Origin: Calditerrivibrio nitroreducens
GTDB taxonomy: Bacteria; Chrysiogenota; Deferribacteres; Deferribacterales; Calditerrivibrionaceae
NCBI GenBank assembly: GCA_002878065.1
Contig: PNIN01000051.1
Coordinates: 1-57,883 of the forward strand
Length of the DNA stretch: 57,883 nucleotides
Direction of reading: 5' to 3'
Below, one piece after another: positions 19,959-29,554 of the stretch; the first letter of the stretch is position 1, and every line of letters starts with the position of its first letter. The translations under genes and the position numbers were made by a program. Under the pieces are notes generated by a model that did not search any database, was not told where the DNA came from, and saw nothing but the letters and a program-made list of their open reading frames with translations.

Positions 19959-20606
19959 ATGAAAAAGAGAGATGTTTTAGTTATTGGGCTTGGCATTTTT
20001 GGGTATGAACTTGCAGTGGAATTATCCAAAAAGGGTTTAAACGTTCTTGCTGTTGATAAAAATCCAAATATTATCAATAAAATCAAGGATTTTGTGTCGG
20101 AAGCAATTATTGCTGATGCGTCATCCGAAGAGACGCTGAGGGAGCTTGATGTTACAAGTTTTGATGAAATTATTTTGGGTATAAGCAGTAATTTTGAGGC
20201 ATTGGTTTTATCAGCAACGATAATGCAGAAACTTGGTGTAAAAAAGATTATTGCAAAGGCAAATAGTGAGATTCAAAAGGAGGTTTTGCTAAAAATAGGT
20301 GTGAATGAAGTTATTTTACCTGAAAAAGAGGTTGCCATAAGGCTGGCTGATAAAATATCTAAACCTGGAATTCTGGATCTTTTCCATATGTATGACGATA
20401 CCACAGTTGCTACGGTGAAAGTACCGGATAAGTTTGTGGGTAGATCATTAAAAGAGATAGATTTACGAAATAAATATGATGTAAATGCCGTCACAATAAG
20501 GAGAAACGGTGTTTCCAGAATAATTAAAAATCCGGATATAGTCTTTGAAGAAGGGGATGAAATAGTTGTTATTGGTGATGAGGATAAGATAAAAAATCTA
20601 TTTTAG
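19959..20606 (+). CDS. ktrA: KtrA/TrkA RCK regulatory subunit
   Basis: VIGLGIFG Rossmann motif, ILPE, RCK_C domain. Confidence 0.92.
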   Translation: MKKRDVLVIGLGIFGYELAVELSKKGLNVLAVDKNPNIINKIKDFVSEAIIADASSEETLRELDVTSFDEIILGISSNFEALVLSATIMQKLGVKKIIAKANSEIQKEVLLKIGVNEVILPEKEVAIRLADKISKPGILDLFHMYDDTTVATVKVPDKFVGRSLKEIDLRNKYDVNAVTIRRNGVSRIIKNPDIVFEEGDEIVVIGDEDKIKNLF

Positions 20607-20627
20607 TTTTTCTTCATATCAAATTAA

Positions 20628-20655
20628 TTGACATTTGCAAAATAAGTGGTATGAT
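20628..20655 (+). promoter_or_regulatory. Sigma70 promoter upstream of the SAM riboswitch
   Basis: TTGACA-16-TGgTATGAT (extended -10). Confidence 0.7.
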
Positions 20656-20661
20656 TTGATA

Positions 20662-20764
20662 CCTTATCAAGAGTGGTTGAGGGACGGGCCCTGTGAAGCC
20701 ACAGCAACCGGTTGGTATCCAATGTCAGGTGCTAAATCCCGCCTTTTTATAAGGAAAGATAAGG
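20662..20764 (+). ncRNA. SAM-I (S-box) riboswitch
   Basis: CCTTATCAAGAG..GAGGGAC.GGCCC..GAAGCC..GCAACC..GGTGCTAAATCC..GAAAGATAAGG, upstream of metX. Confidence 0.95.
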
Positions 20765-20780
20765 CTATGATAGCTATCAC

Positions 20781-20811
20781 AGCCTCTTCTTTCTAAGAAG
20801 AGGCTTTTTTT
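20781..20811 (+). terminator. Riboswitch expression-platform terminator
   Basis: AGCCTCTTCT/AGAAGAGGCT stem plus T tract. Confidence 0.9.
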
Positions 20812-20824
20812 GTGGAGGAATTTT

Positions 20825-21955
20825 ATGGAAAAATCATCCGTTGGGATTGTAAAACCGAAAACAGTTTTCTTTAAAGATGATTTTTTTCTTGAAAGTGGAC
20901 GAATACTATCCAAACTTACTGTAGCATATGAAACTTATGGGACTTTAAATAAAGAAAAAGATAACGCGATACTCATTTGCCATGCCTTGACCGGAAGTCA
21001 CCATGCGGCAGGGTATTATTCTCCTGATGACCAGAAACCGGGTTGGTGGGATGATATGATAGGCCCAGGGAAGCCTTTTGATACAGATAAATATTTTATC
21101 ATATGTTCAAATTTTCTTGGTTCCTGCTATGGGACAACAGGGCCGGCCTCCATCGACCCATCCACAGGCAAGCCTTACGGACTTAAATTCCCTGTTTTTA
21201 CCGTAAAGGATATGGTAAAGCTCCAAAAGAAACTGATTGATCATCTTGGTATACCAAAACTATTATGTGTTGCAGGGGGGTCAATGGGTGGTATGCAGGC
21301 TCTGGAGTGGGCGGTAACTTTTCCAGAAAAGGTACATTCCATAATTCCGATTGCCACCGCAGGCAGGATAACACCTATGGCGATTGCTTTTAATACGATA
21401 GGCAGACAGGCAATAATGAAGGATCCGAATTGGCTTGGTGGTGATTACTATGGCAAAACATTCCCTAAAGATGGCCTTGCCATAGCAAGGATGGCTGGGC
21501 ATATCACATTTATGTCCGATGCTTCGTTTCAGAAAAAATTTGGTAGAAAATATGCGACTTTAGAGGGTATTTATGATTTTATGGGGTATTTTGAGGTGGA
21601 AAATTATCTGAGATACAATGGTTATAAGTTTACAGAGAGATTCGATGCTAATAGTTATTTATATATCATAAAGGCTATGGATATTTTCGATCTATCGTAT
21701 GGATATGGATCGTTTGAGGAGGCTGTCAGCAGAATTTCTTGCAAATCTCTTTTTATTACATTTACATCTGATTTCCTATTTCCAAACTACCAAACAGAAG
21801 AGATTGTAAGTATCTTGAAAAAATTAAACAGGGATGTGAAATGGGTTAATATTGAATCCGATTATGGTCATGATGCTTTTTTGCTTGAGTTTGATATTCA
21901 GGGTTCATCTATTGCTAATTTTTTATGGGACGTTTATGACGAAATCAAAAAGTAG
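20825..21955 (+). CDS. metX: Homoserine O-acetyltransferase
   Basis: ICHALTG, GGSMGGMQ, RFDANSY, SDYGHDAFL. Confidence 0.95.
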   Translation: MEKSSVGIVKPKTVFFKDDFFLESGRILSKLTVAYETYGTLNKEKDNAILICHALTGSHHAAGYYSPDDQKPGWWDDMIGPGKPFDTDKYFIICSNFLGSCYGTTGPASIDPSTGKPYGLKFPVFTVKDMVKLQKKLIDHLGIPKLLCVAGGSMGGMQALEWAVTFPEKVHSIIPIATAGRITPMAIAFNTIGRQAIMKDPNWLGGDYYGKTFPKDGLAIARMAGHITFMSDASFQKKFGRKYATLEGIYDFMGYFEVENYLRYNGYKFTERFDANSYLYIIKAMDIFDLSYGYGSFEEAVSRISCKSLFITFTSDFLFPNYQTEEIVSILKKLNRDVKWVNIESDYGHDAFLLEFDIQGSSIANFLWDVYDEIKK

Positions 21956-22670
21956 CAATGGGTTTGATAACTCTTTTGCTAATTATCTAATAAGCAGCGA
22001 TCATAAATATGGCGATGATCTTGAGATTGTGAAGAATTATTTCAATAGTATAGTTTTTGAAACTGTTTTAGATGTTGCCACTGGAGCGGGTCATTTTTCG
22101 AACGTCTTTAATGCGAAAAGGAAATGCGCCGTTGACTTGAGCTTTAATATGGTGAAAACTGCTAAAGAAAAGTATAGTATAGATTTTGCTGCTGTTTGTG
22201 ATTCTGGTGGTTTACCTTTTTCCGACCAGAGTTTTGATCTTGTAAGTTGTAGAATAGCATTTCATCACTTTACAATGCCTGTTTTATTTTTTGATGAGGT
22301 TTATAGAATTTTAAAAAAAAGTGGTTACTTTGTGTTGGTGGATAGTATTGTGGACATTGATGATGCATACCTCAATGCTATAGAATATATAAGAGACAAC
22401 AGTCATATACGTAGTTACACCGTCAAAGAGATCATAAATTTTGGTAGCAATTTTTTTCGTTTGGAATATTTTACCAATATATATAAGAAACATAATTTTA
22501 AAGAGTGGGTCGGAAGGCTTGGGGCTGATGAGGAACATATTAAGTTTGTTGAAAATAGCTTTTTGAATCTACCTGATGATATCAAAGATGAGTTGAAGCT
22601 TGAAATAGTTGAGAATAGAATATGTAGTTATACCGATAAAAAAGGGGTATTTATATTTAAAAGATTATGA
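21936..22670 (+). CDS. Class I SAM-dependent methyltransferase
   Basis: LDVATGAGH, LPFSDQSFDLVSCRIAFHHF. Confidence 0.9.
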   Translation: MTKSKSSNGFDNSFANYLISSDHKYGDDLEIVKNYFNSIVFETVLDVATGAGHFSNVFNAKRKCAVDLSFNMVKTAKEKYSIDFAAVCDSGGLPFSDQSFDLVSCRIAFHHFTMPVLFFDEVYRILKKSGYFVLVDSIVDIDDAYLNAIEYIRDNSHIRSYTVKEIINFGSNFFRLEYFTNIYKKHNFKEWVGRLGADEEHIKFVENSFLNLPDDIKDELKLEIVENRICSYTDKKGVFIFKRL

Positions 22671-23359
22671 GTCTGTTGGAGATTGAAGATTTAAAAGTAA
22701 AAATTGAAAAAAGATGCCTTGTGGATATTAAAAGATTTTCATTCGAAAAGGGTTTTATTTATACTATATTTGGTAAAAGTGGAGCGGGGAAGAGTACTTT
22801 TTTAAAGGCTTTAGGCTCAATGATAAAATACGAAGGTAATATATATTTAAACGGTGAAAATCTTAAACAAAAGTATCCTTTAACAGAAATAAGAAAAAAG
22901 GTACATTACATAAGGCAGGTGCCGGAGTTTGTGCCGGGCAAGGTGATAGACAGCTTAAAGTATATTTTTTCTTTTAAGTCAAATAGAGATCTTGGCTTTG
23001 ATGAAAACTACTTAAATGTATTAATTGATAAGTTTGGTCTTGATCAAAGTATACTTGGGAAAGATATAAAAAATCTCTCAGGAGGAGAAAAACAGCGTAT
23101 AAGCATAATAAGGTCGTTGTTGATTAGACCGGAGTTTATATTGCTGGATGAACCTACTTCTGCCCTTGATGTATATACAGAAGATAATTTTATCACATTT
23201 TTAAATGGTATCAAAAATGAGTTTGGTGTTATCGTGGTATCCCATTCAGTAGATATGATAATATCATCTGATATAAAGCTTTTTTTTGATAAATGTAACA
23301 TAAACAGAATTGAAGAAGATATCGATACGGAAAATATCCGTAAGTTGATAGGTGAATAG
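22667..23359 (+). CDS. ABC ATP-binding protein (FetA/YbbL-like)
   Basis: GKSGAGKS, LSGGEKQR, LLDEPTSALD. Confidence 0.88.
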   Translation: MSLLEIEDLKVKIEKRCLVDIKRFSFEKGFIYTIFGKSGAGKSTFLKALGSMIKYEGNIYLNGENLKQKYPLTEIRKKVHYIRQVPEFVPGKVIDSLKYIFSFKSNRDLGFDENYLNVLIDKFGLDQSILGKDIKNLSGGEKQRISIIRSLLIRPEFILLDEPTSALDVYTEDNFITFLNGIKNEFGVIVVSHSVDMIISSDIKLFFDKCNINRIEEDIDTENIRKLIGE

Positions 23360-23361
23360 AT

Positions 23362-24129
23362 ATGTCTGATAGTGCAAAAGATATCAGTATTATTTCGATG
23401 GCCATTCTATATCTTTTTAGTGGTGGATTAGGTTTATTGATACATATTTTAAAGCTTGGTATCTTAAAAGATTTTATATATTCCCTGATAAGGATGTCTT
23501 TCCAGCTTTTTTTAGGTTCTTTTGTATTGATGTACATTTTCAAAATCAATACACTATGGATTGTTTTACTTTTTTTTACTTTGATGTCTGTGGTTGCTTC
23601 CCGTACGATTATTCAAAAGTCAAAGATAGGTGAGTCTTTTTTCATCTATCCGATAATTTTTTTTACAAGCTTCCTTTTGACCTTTATTTTTCAAGTGGTC
23701 ATTGTGGGAACAGATACCTGGTATGATGCAAGATATTTCATTACTATTAGTGGGATGATTATGGGCAACTCCATGAATGCCTGTGCAGTTGCTTTGGATC
23801 GATTCAACAATGATTTGAAAGAGAATTATGATCTCATTGAGACGCTTTTTAGCTTTGGTGCTTCAAATTTTGAGGCGGTGTCAATATTTTTTAAAAAATC
23901 ATTACGTTCAGCCCTTATGCCGATAATTACGAATATGAGTAGTGTGGGGATTGTTTTCTTCCCTGGTATGATGACAGGTCAGATTCTGGCTGGGTCCAAC
24001 CCTACAGTGGCGGTAAAATATCAGATTGCAATTATGATTACAATTGCAATATTTGTGCTTATTTCCACGATGCTTAATTTATATTTTAATATGAAAATAG
24101 CTTTGAGGAAATTTTTGGATGGCGTATAA
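23362..24129 (+). CDS. UPF0014/FetB-family ABC permease
   Basis: GMIMGNSM, GIVFFPGMMTGQILAG..AVKYQI. Confidence 0.88.
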   Translation: MSDSAKDISIISMAILYLFSGGLGLLIHILKLGILKDFIYSLIRMSFQLFLGSFVLMYIFKINTLWIVLLFFTLMSVVASRTIIQKSKIGESFFIYPIIFFTSFLLTFIFQVVIVGTDTWYDARYFITISGMIMGNSMNACAVALDRFNNDLKENYDLIETLFSFGASNFEAVSIFFKKSLRSALMPIITNMSSVGIVFFPGMMTGQILAGSNPTVAVKYQIAIMITIAIFVLISTMLNLYFNMKIALRKFLDGV

Positions 24130-25903
24130 TATTGTAAAAAAATATAATCTGCCTATTGTGGGAAAATGGTTTATCTTAGGTACAATTGTTGGGATTGTGG
24201 CTGGAATTTCTGCAATTATATTTTACACGCTTTTACAGCTTACAAGCCAATTCTTTTTACAATATCTCGCAGGTTATATCCCACCAGAAGCAACAGGTGA
24301 TGTTACAATCTTCCATTTTCCAGCAGGGGAGTTTAATCGCTTTCTTCTTATAGGGATGCCGGTGGTAGGTGCACTTATATCGGCTATATTAATTTTAAAA
24401 TTTGCTCCGGAAACGGAAGGTGCCGGCCTTGATGCTGCAATATCTTCTATCCATAAGAATAAAGGTTTGATAAGATGGCAGGTGCCTGTGATAAAAACGC
24501 TCACATCTTCCATAACTATCGGATCTGGGGGTTCTGGTGGTGGTGAGGGCCCTATATCACATATAGGAGCAGGTGTGGGATCTGTATTATCGCAGATATT
24601 TCACCTTACGGAAAAAGAGAGGAGAATTCTGACGGCAGCTGGAATGGGGGCTGGGGTTGGGGCAATTTTCCGTTCTCCTCTTTCGGGTGCAATATTTGCT
24701 GCAGAGGTTTTGTATTCTAGTTCGGATATGGAATATGAGGCGCTTCTACCTTCTACAATCACCTCCATAATTGCTTACTCTGTTTTTTGTAGTATGTTTG
24801 GATGGAGCCCACTTTTTTACAGCTTAAATGCAAGTTTTTCCAATCCTTTGGAGCTTATTGGGTATACTATTTTGATCATCGGTTGCATCTTTGTGGGGCA
24901 TTTTTATACCAAAGTTTATCATAAGGTTAAGTCATACTTTGATGTTTTAAAATTGAAGAAGCTTTATAAAATGCTTTTTGGTGCTTTACTTACAGGATTA
25001 ATAGGTTTTTTAGTCCCTGATGTTATGGGGGCAGGTTATTCCATAATAGATAGAGCGATACAATCAGATTTATCTGTAAATATACTTTTGGTAATTATTC
25101 TTGCCAAAATCTTTGCCACAGCTTTTACCATTGGCAGTGGTGGTAGTGCAGGAACATTCGCTCCAACAATGGTGATTGGTGCTTCAACAGGAGGGGTAAT
25201 AGGATTATTAATCAATAAATATTTTCCATTGCTGGCACCAATGCCAGGTGCATATGCTATAGTTGGGATGGCAGGGTTCCTTTCCGGGCTGGCCAAGACA
25301 CCTCTTTCGGCGATTATTATGGTAAGTGAGCTGACTGGTAATTATCAGCTGATTGTTCCAGCTATGTGGGTAAGTACAATTACATTCCTGTCTTTAAGAA
25401 AGGTTAAGTTTTACAAAAGCCAAATGCAGTTTAGAAGTGATTCCCCCATACATAAGAATGAGTATTTTCTTATGGTATTACAGGAGATAAAGGTAAAGGA
25501 TATTATGAAAAAAGATCCGATTGTCATAAAAGAGGATATGAAATTTGATGATATTATACATTTTATACCTACCACAAAGCACAATAGTTTCCCGGTGGTT
25601 GATAATGAAAATCGATTGGTGGGGGTACTTAGATTTGAAGAGATTAGGGAGTTTGTTTTTGAGGAGGGGCTGGAAGAACTTGTGGTGGCTAGCGAAATAT
25701 GCGATAAGGATGCCCCCACAGTTATAAAGGAAAACAATCTGGCGGAGGCCATTGAATTAATTGGGACAAGAAATGTTGAGCTTTTACCTGTAGTGGATGA
25801 AGAGAACAGAGTTATCGGTATAGTAACAAGAAGGGATATAATAGCAACCTATAATAAAGAGATGCTCAAACAGAAAAAGCAGACAGAAGAGACTATCTTT
25901 TAA
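24119..25903 (+). CDS. ClC chloride channel family protein with CBS pair
   Basis: GSGGSGGGEGP, AIFRSPL, GGSAGTFAP, C-terminal CBS domains. Confidence 0.92.
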   Translation: MAYNIVKKYNLPIVGKWFILGTIVGIVAGISAIIFYTLLQLTSQFFLQYLAGYIPPEATGDVTIFHFPAGEFNRFLLIGMPVVGALISAILILKFAPETEGAGLDAAISSIHKNKGLIRWQVPVIKTLTSSITIGSGGSGGGEGPISHIGAGVGSVLSQIFHLTEKERRILTAAGMGAGVGAIFRSPLSGAIFAAEVLYSSSDMEYEALLPSTITSIIAYSVFCSMFGWSPLFYSLNASFSNPLELIGYTILIIGCIFVGHFYTKVYHKVKSYFDVLKLKKLYKMLFGALLTGLIGFLVPDVMGAGYSIIDRAIQSDLSVNILLVIILAKIFATAFTIGSGGSAGTFAPTMVIGASTGGVIGLLINKYFPLLAPMPGAYAIVGMAGFLSGLAKTPLSAIIMVSELTGNYQLIVPAMWVSTITFLSLRKVKFYKSQMQFRSDSPIHKNEYFLMVLQEIKVKDIMKKDPIVIKEDMKFDDIIHFIPTTKHNSFPVVDNENRLVGVLRFEEIREFVFEEGLEELVVASEICDKDAPTVIKENNLAEAIELIGTRNVELLPVVDEENRVIGIVTRRDIIATYNKEMLKQKKQTEETIF

Positions 25904-25935
25904 AAAAATAGATTAGATAATAGTTTTATAATATA

Positions 25936-26031
25936 TGGCGGAAGTGTGAAGGAATCGAACCTTCCTCTCACTTTTGGTGAGACAGCCGAGGTTTGAAGCC
26001 TCCGGAGGGCACCAGCCACTCAACCACTTCC
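25936..26031 (-). tRNA. selC: tRNA-Sec (anticodon UCA)
   Basis: 96 nt GGAAGTGG...CT-TCA-AA, long variable arm, GAAGG-TTCGATT-CCTTC, GCCA end. Confidence 0.9.
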
Positions 26032-26034
26032 TTT

Positions 26035-27237
26035 TTAGTTCTGTTCATTAATTCTTTCTATTATATCGTAGATTTCTTTATCTATATTTATTTTTTCAGG
26101 ATTTACGGGTCCGATGATCTTTTTGCTTAAAACAGATTTTTTTGACAAGTCCACCGTGTATACGGGGATATCTTCACCTTTAGGATTTTTGAAAACTGCA
26201 ACAATAGGTGAAGTGGGATTATCAGTAATTTTTGCTACAATAGCTAATTCATTTGTATTTAGAAGTACCAATGTCCCAACTGGGTATATCCCTATATGAA
26301 TTATGAAAAACTCAAAAATTTTTTTATTGATATGAGAGTCAGTCCATTTAAACATCATTTTAAGTGCTGAAGGAGGCTCCATCCCTTTGTGGTAAACTCT
26401 ATCACTGGTGATGGCATCGTAAATATCCACCACTGCTCCAATTTTACCAAAAAGAGAGATGTCGGGATCTTTTAAGCCGTAAGGATACCCACTGCCATCG
26501 TATCTTTCGTGATGTTCAATTACTATTTTTAGCTCTGATGGATCTAATCCATTTTTGATCAAATAATCGTATCCGGCAGGGACATGATTCTTCATAATTT
26601 TAAATTCTTCATCGGTAAGTTTTCCAGGTTTATTTAAGATCTCCTTTGGTACAAGCATCTTTCCCACATCATGCAAAAGTGCACTTGCAGATAACATATT
26701 CAATTCTTTTATCGGTATATTCATCAATTTCCCGAGGGAGGTGGCAAAAACTGAAACGTTTACACAGTGTTGAAATGTATAATCATCGTAGCTCTTTAGC
26801 TTTGCAACGCTTGATAGTAGATCACCTTTTTTTACAGTTAATTCTGTGATCTTGTCAGCTATTATCCTAACTCCTGTGTCATCAAAAAGCTTACCTGATC
26901 TGATATCTTCCATAACAGATCTTATTATTTTAACAGATTCTTCGTATATTTCTGATGCTTTTGTGAGGGATTGAAAGTCTATATAATGTTTGGGCAATTC
27001 TTCGTATTGAACATTTTCCAATAAATCTTTGTTTTCTTCAATAACTTCTTTTATAGAAACCTCATCATTTCTTGGCTCAATAAATACATATTCTATACCA
27101 TGTTTTTTCAATTTGTTGATATCGCTGATATCTTTTATTTTGAATTTATGTGATAAAAAGGGGGTTTCAAGCCAACTGGCGTCAAGCTTTAGTACCCTAT
27201 CACCAATTTTAAGTTCATTTACATGTATTTTCTGCAT
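26035..27237 (-). CDS. DUF3391 + HD-GYP phosphodiesterase
   Basis: ELKIG..WLETPF N-terminus, YTFQHCVNV, LLHDVGK, HHERYDGSGYP. Confidence 0.9.
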   Translation of the reverse strand: MQKIHVNELKIGDRVLKLDASWLETPFLSHKFKIKDISDINKLKKHGIEYVFIEPRNDEVSIKEVIEENKDLLENVQYEELPKHYIDFQSLTKASEIYEESVKIIRSVMEDIRSGKLFDDTGVRIIADKITELTVKKGDLLSSVAKLKSYDDYTFQHCVNVSVFATSLGKLMNIPIKELNMLSASALLHDVGKMLVPKEILNKPGKLTDEEFKIMKNHVPAGYDYLIKNGLDPSELKIVIEHHERYDGSGYPYGLKDPDISLFGKIGAVVDIYDAITSDRVYHKGMEPPSALKMMFKWTDSHINKKIFEFFIIHIGIYPVGTLVLLNTNELAIVAKITDNPTSPIVAVFKNPKGEDIPVYTVDLSKKSVLSKKIIGPVNPEKINIDKEIYDIIERINEQN

Positions 27238-27279
27238 CTGTTTAAAATATTAAATTAACGGTAATAAGTCAACCAATAT

Positions 27280-28197
27280 TTATTTTTTATCTTTTGGTAA
27301 TATAAGGGATAGAAATATTGAAACAGATAATACTCCTATGATTATTATCAATGATAGTATAGTGGGGATCTTGATGATGTCTATCAGGACCATTTTCAAA
27401 CCCACATATCCTAAAACTATAGATAACCCATATTTGAGAAAGTGGAATATTGCTACAATACCCGAAATGGCAAAATAAAGAGATCTGAGCCCTAGGATGG
27501 CAAATATATTAGAAGTAAAAACTATAAAGGAGTCGGTGGTTATTGCGAATATTGCAGGTATTGAATCTATGGCAAATATTAAGTCTGTAAATTCGATTGT
27601 AAAAAGTGTTAATAGTAAAGGTGTAATATGTCTTTTGTTATCAATCATTATAAGAAACTTACCATTTTCCCGATCACTTGTAACCGGATAGAATTTTTTT
27701 AACAATTTTATATACCACTTACTATCAAAATCTATTGATTCATCTTCTTTTTTGAAAGCCATTTTCACTGCACTATAAATAAGAAGTAGCCCAAATATGT
27801 AGAATATCCAGTGGAATTTTTCTATTAAAGCTATCCCTAAAAAGATCATCACCCCCCTCATAACAATAGCCCCGAGGATACCCCAAAAGAGTATTTTATG
27901 CTGAAATTGTGGGGGGATTTGAAAGACATTGAAGATCATTATCATTACAAATATGTTATCTACACTTAACGCTTTTTCCACGATGTAACCTGTTAAAAAC
28001 TCAACTGCCTGTTGTTCACCATTGAAAAAATAAATCCCTATATTAAACGCAAAAGCTACAGCTATCCATATTGCACTTGTAAAAACAGCTTCTTTAATTG
28101 ATATAACGTGTGCTTTTTTATTAAATACACCAAGATCGAGTATTAGCAAGAAGATAACAATAGTAGAAAATATTACCCATCCAATTGTGTGGTGCAT
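27280..28197 (-). CDS. TerC/Alx family membrane protein
   Basis: EKALSVDNIFV, DLIFAIDSIPA, SNIFAILGLRSLYF. Confidence 0.93.
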   Translation of the reverse strand: MHHTIGWVIFSTIVIFLLILDLGVFNKKAHVISIKEAVFTSAIWIAVAFAFNIGIYFFNGEQQAVEFLTGYIVEKALSVDNIFVMIMIFNVFQIPPQFQHKILFWGILGAIVMRGVMIFLGIALIEKFHWIFYIFGLLLIYSAVKMAFKKEDESIDFDSKWYIKLLKKFYPVTSDRENGKFLIMIDNKRHITPLLLTLFTIEFTDLIFAIDSIPAIFAITTDSFIVFTSNIFAILGLRSLYFAISGIVAIFHFLKYGLSIVLGYVGLKMVLIDIIKIPTILSLIIIIGVLSVSIFLSLILPKDKK

Positions 28198-28206
28198 AGA
28201 ACAATC

Positions 28207-28902
28207 CTAAAATTTATTCAGTAATTCGAATTCATCGTCGAATTCTTTTGTATCTTTTATATCTCTTACTTCTTTACCCTTGATACTTATTGCCATTTCA
28301 TCTTTCATGGTAAATTCCTTTACAAACTCCACAAATTCTTCCTGTACTTTTTTCTTGTAGTCTTCGTAGTCCTGTTTTGTATCCTGAGCAAATTTGTTGA
28401 AATCTTCCTCCTCTTTCTGTAGATACCTTTTGAATTCACCTTTTATGGCTGACACGGTGATTTCACCCTCTTTGAGTATAACATCCACTTCATCTTTATT
28501 AACATTTATTAAAAATTTCGTGCCTTTTACCCCTATTATGGCAGTTTTGGTAGCTATCTTTATCCCCTGTTTATCATCCTGCTTTTGAATTTCGAAAACG
28601 ACTTTGCCATTCTTTAAGTTTAGATTTTGAATGTCTTTGATATAAAGGATTGAATTTTCATTTAAAACGATTTTGGATTTATCTATGAATTTTATAAATG
28701 CGGTTGATTTTTGAAAGGCTCTTATGGAGTCTTTTACCTTAAACTCGAGATTATTTTTGGCTGCTATTCCTCTTACGCTACCAGATGGATAAAGTATTAC
28801 CTTTCCTTCAAATTTTTCTATATGTCCAGCCACCTGCTGCGCAAAACCTGTAATACTTATACCCAAAACCAAAACTATTGATATAATGAATTTTTTCATC
28901 AC
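28207..28902 (-). CDS. Secreted FecR-domain protein
   Basis: Signal peptide, TKTAIIGVKGTKF..VILKEG FecR-like core, C-terminal helical repeat. Confidence 0.8.
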   Translation of the reverse strand: MMKKFIISIVLVLGISITGFAQQVAGHIEKFEGKVILYPSGSVRGIAAKNNLEFKVKDSIRAFQKSTAFIKFIDKSKIVLNENSILYIKDIQNLNLKNGKVVFEIQKQDDKQGIKIATKTAIIGVKGTKFLINVNKDEVDVILKEGEITVSAIKGEFKRYLQKEEEDFNKFAQDTKQDYEDYKKKVQEEFVEFVKEFTMKDEMAISIKGKEVRDIKDTKEFDDEFELLNKF

Positions 28903-28932
28903 TGCCTCCGTAAAAGGAAATTTCCTGCTTTT

Positions 28933-28995
28933 ATTATATTATTATAAAAATTTTTTTCAACATAAAGTTGCTTTTTTTAAATTTAGCCATATAAT
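28933..28995. promoter_or_regulatory. Divergent promoters between the FecR gene and the LPP20-like operon
   Basis: Minus TTGAAA-16-TATAAT (28960-28933); plus TTGCTT-16-TATAAT (28968-28995). Confidence 0.5.
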
Positions 28996-29022
28996 GATAT
29001 TATAAAACCTAAGGGGGTTTTT

Positions 29023-29541
29023 ATGTTTCTTGAAGCAATAGGACTATCATTAGTAAAAGCTCTATCCTCATTTCTTTTTTCCAAAATGCTCGTATACTCA
29101 GATATTAACATTCAGGGGGCACCCACATGGTTTCAAAAGCCTGAATCTGCTTACATCTGTATTTCCACTTACCATGAAGGGGATCTTGGATCTGTGGAGA
29201 TTGCAAAAGATAAAGCTAAAAAACAGATGATTAATAAACTGAATGAGATAATGGAGATTGTTGTGTATGATAATTATAGAAATCTGGAGGACAAGTCCGA
29301 GAAAGCCTTTGTGAAAAGCTTTTTAAATGATGAGGATCTACCTGTATTTGTGAATAAAAATATTGAATTTAAAAATATTGAGTATGTGAAAAAGGTAAAT
29401 ACTACATTTGTTCGGGGGTGTATTAGCAAGGATACCGTTATAGAGTATGAAAAAGAGCGGATTGAGCTAATAAGGAAAAAATTGACTCACAAAAGGGCAG
29501 ATAATGCATTTGAAGAGCTTGATAATTCATCTGCCAAATAA
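29023..29541 (+). CDS. LPP20-like protein without a clear lipobox
   Basis: GAPTWF motif, helix AKDKAKKQM, C-terminal DNAFEELD. Confidence 0.55.
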   Translation: MFLEAIGLSLVKALSSFLFSKMLVYSDINIQGAPTWFQKPESAYICISTYHEGDLGSVEIAKDKAKKQMINKLNEIMEIVVYDNYRNLEDKSEKAFVKSFLNDEDLPVFVNKNIEFKNIEYVKKVNTTFVRGCISKDTVIEYEKERIELIRKKLTHKRADNAFEELDNSSAK

Positions 29542-29554
29542 TCTGGAGAAAGTT

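Noticed and set aside
25904-26034. Genomic island integrated at selC
   Set aside because: No integrase and no duplicated tRNA 3' end noticed in the window
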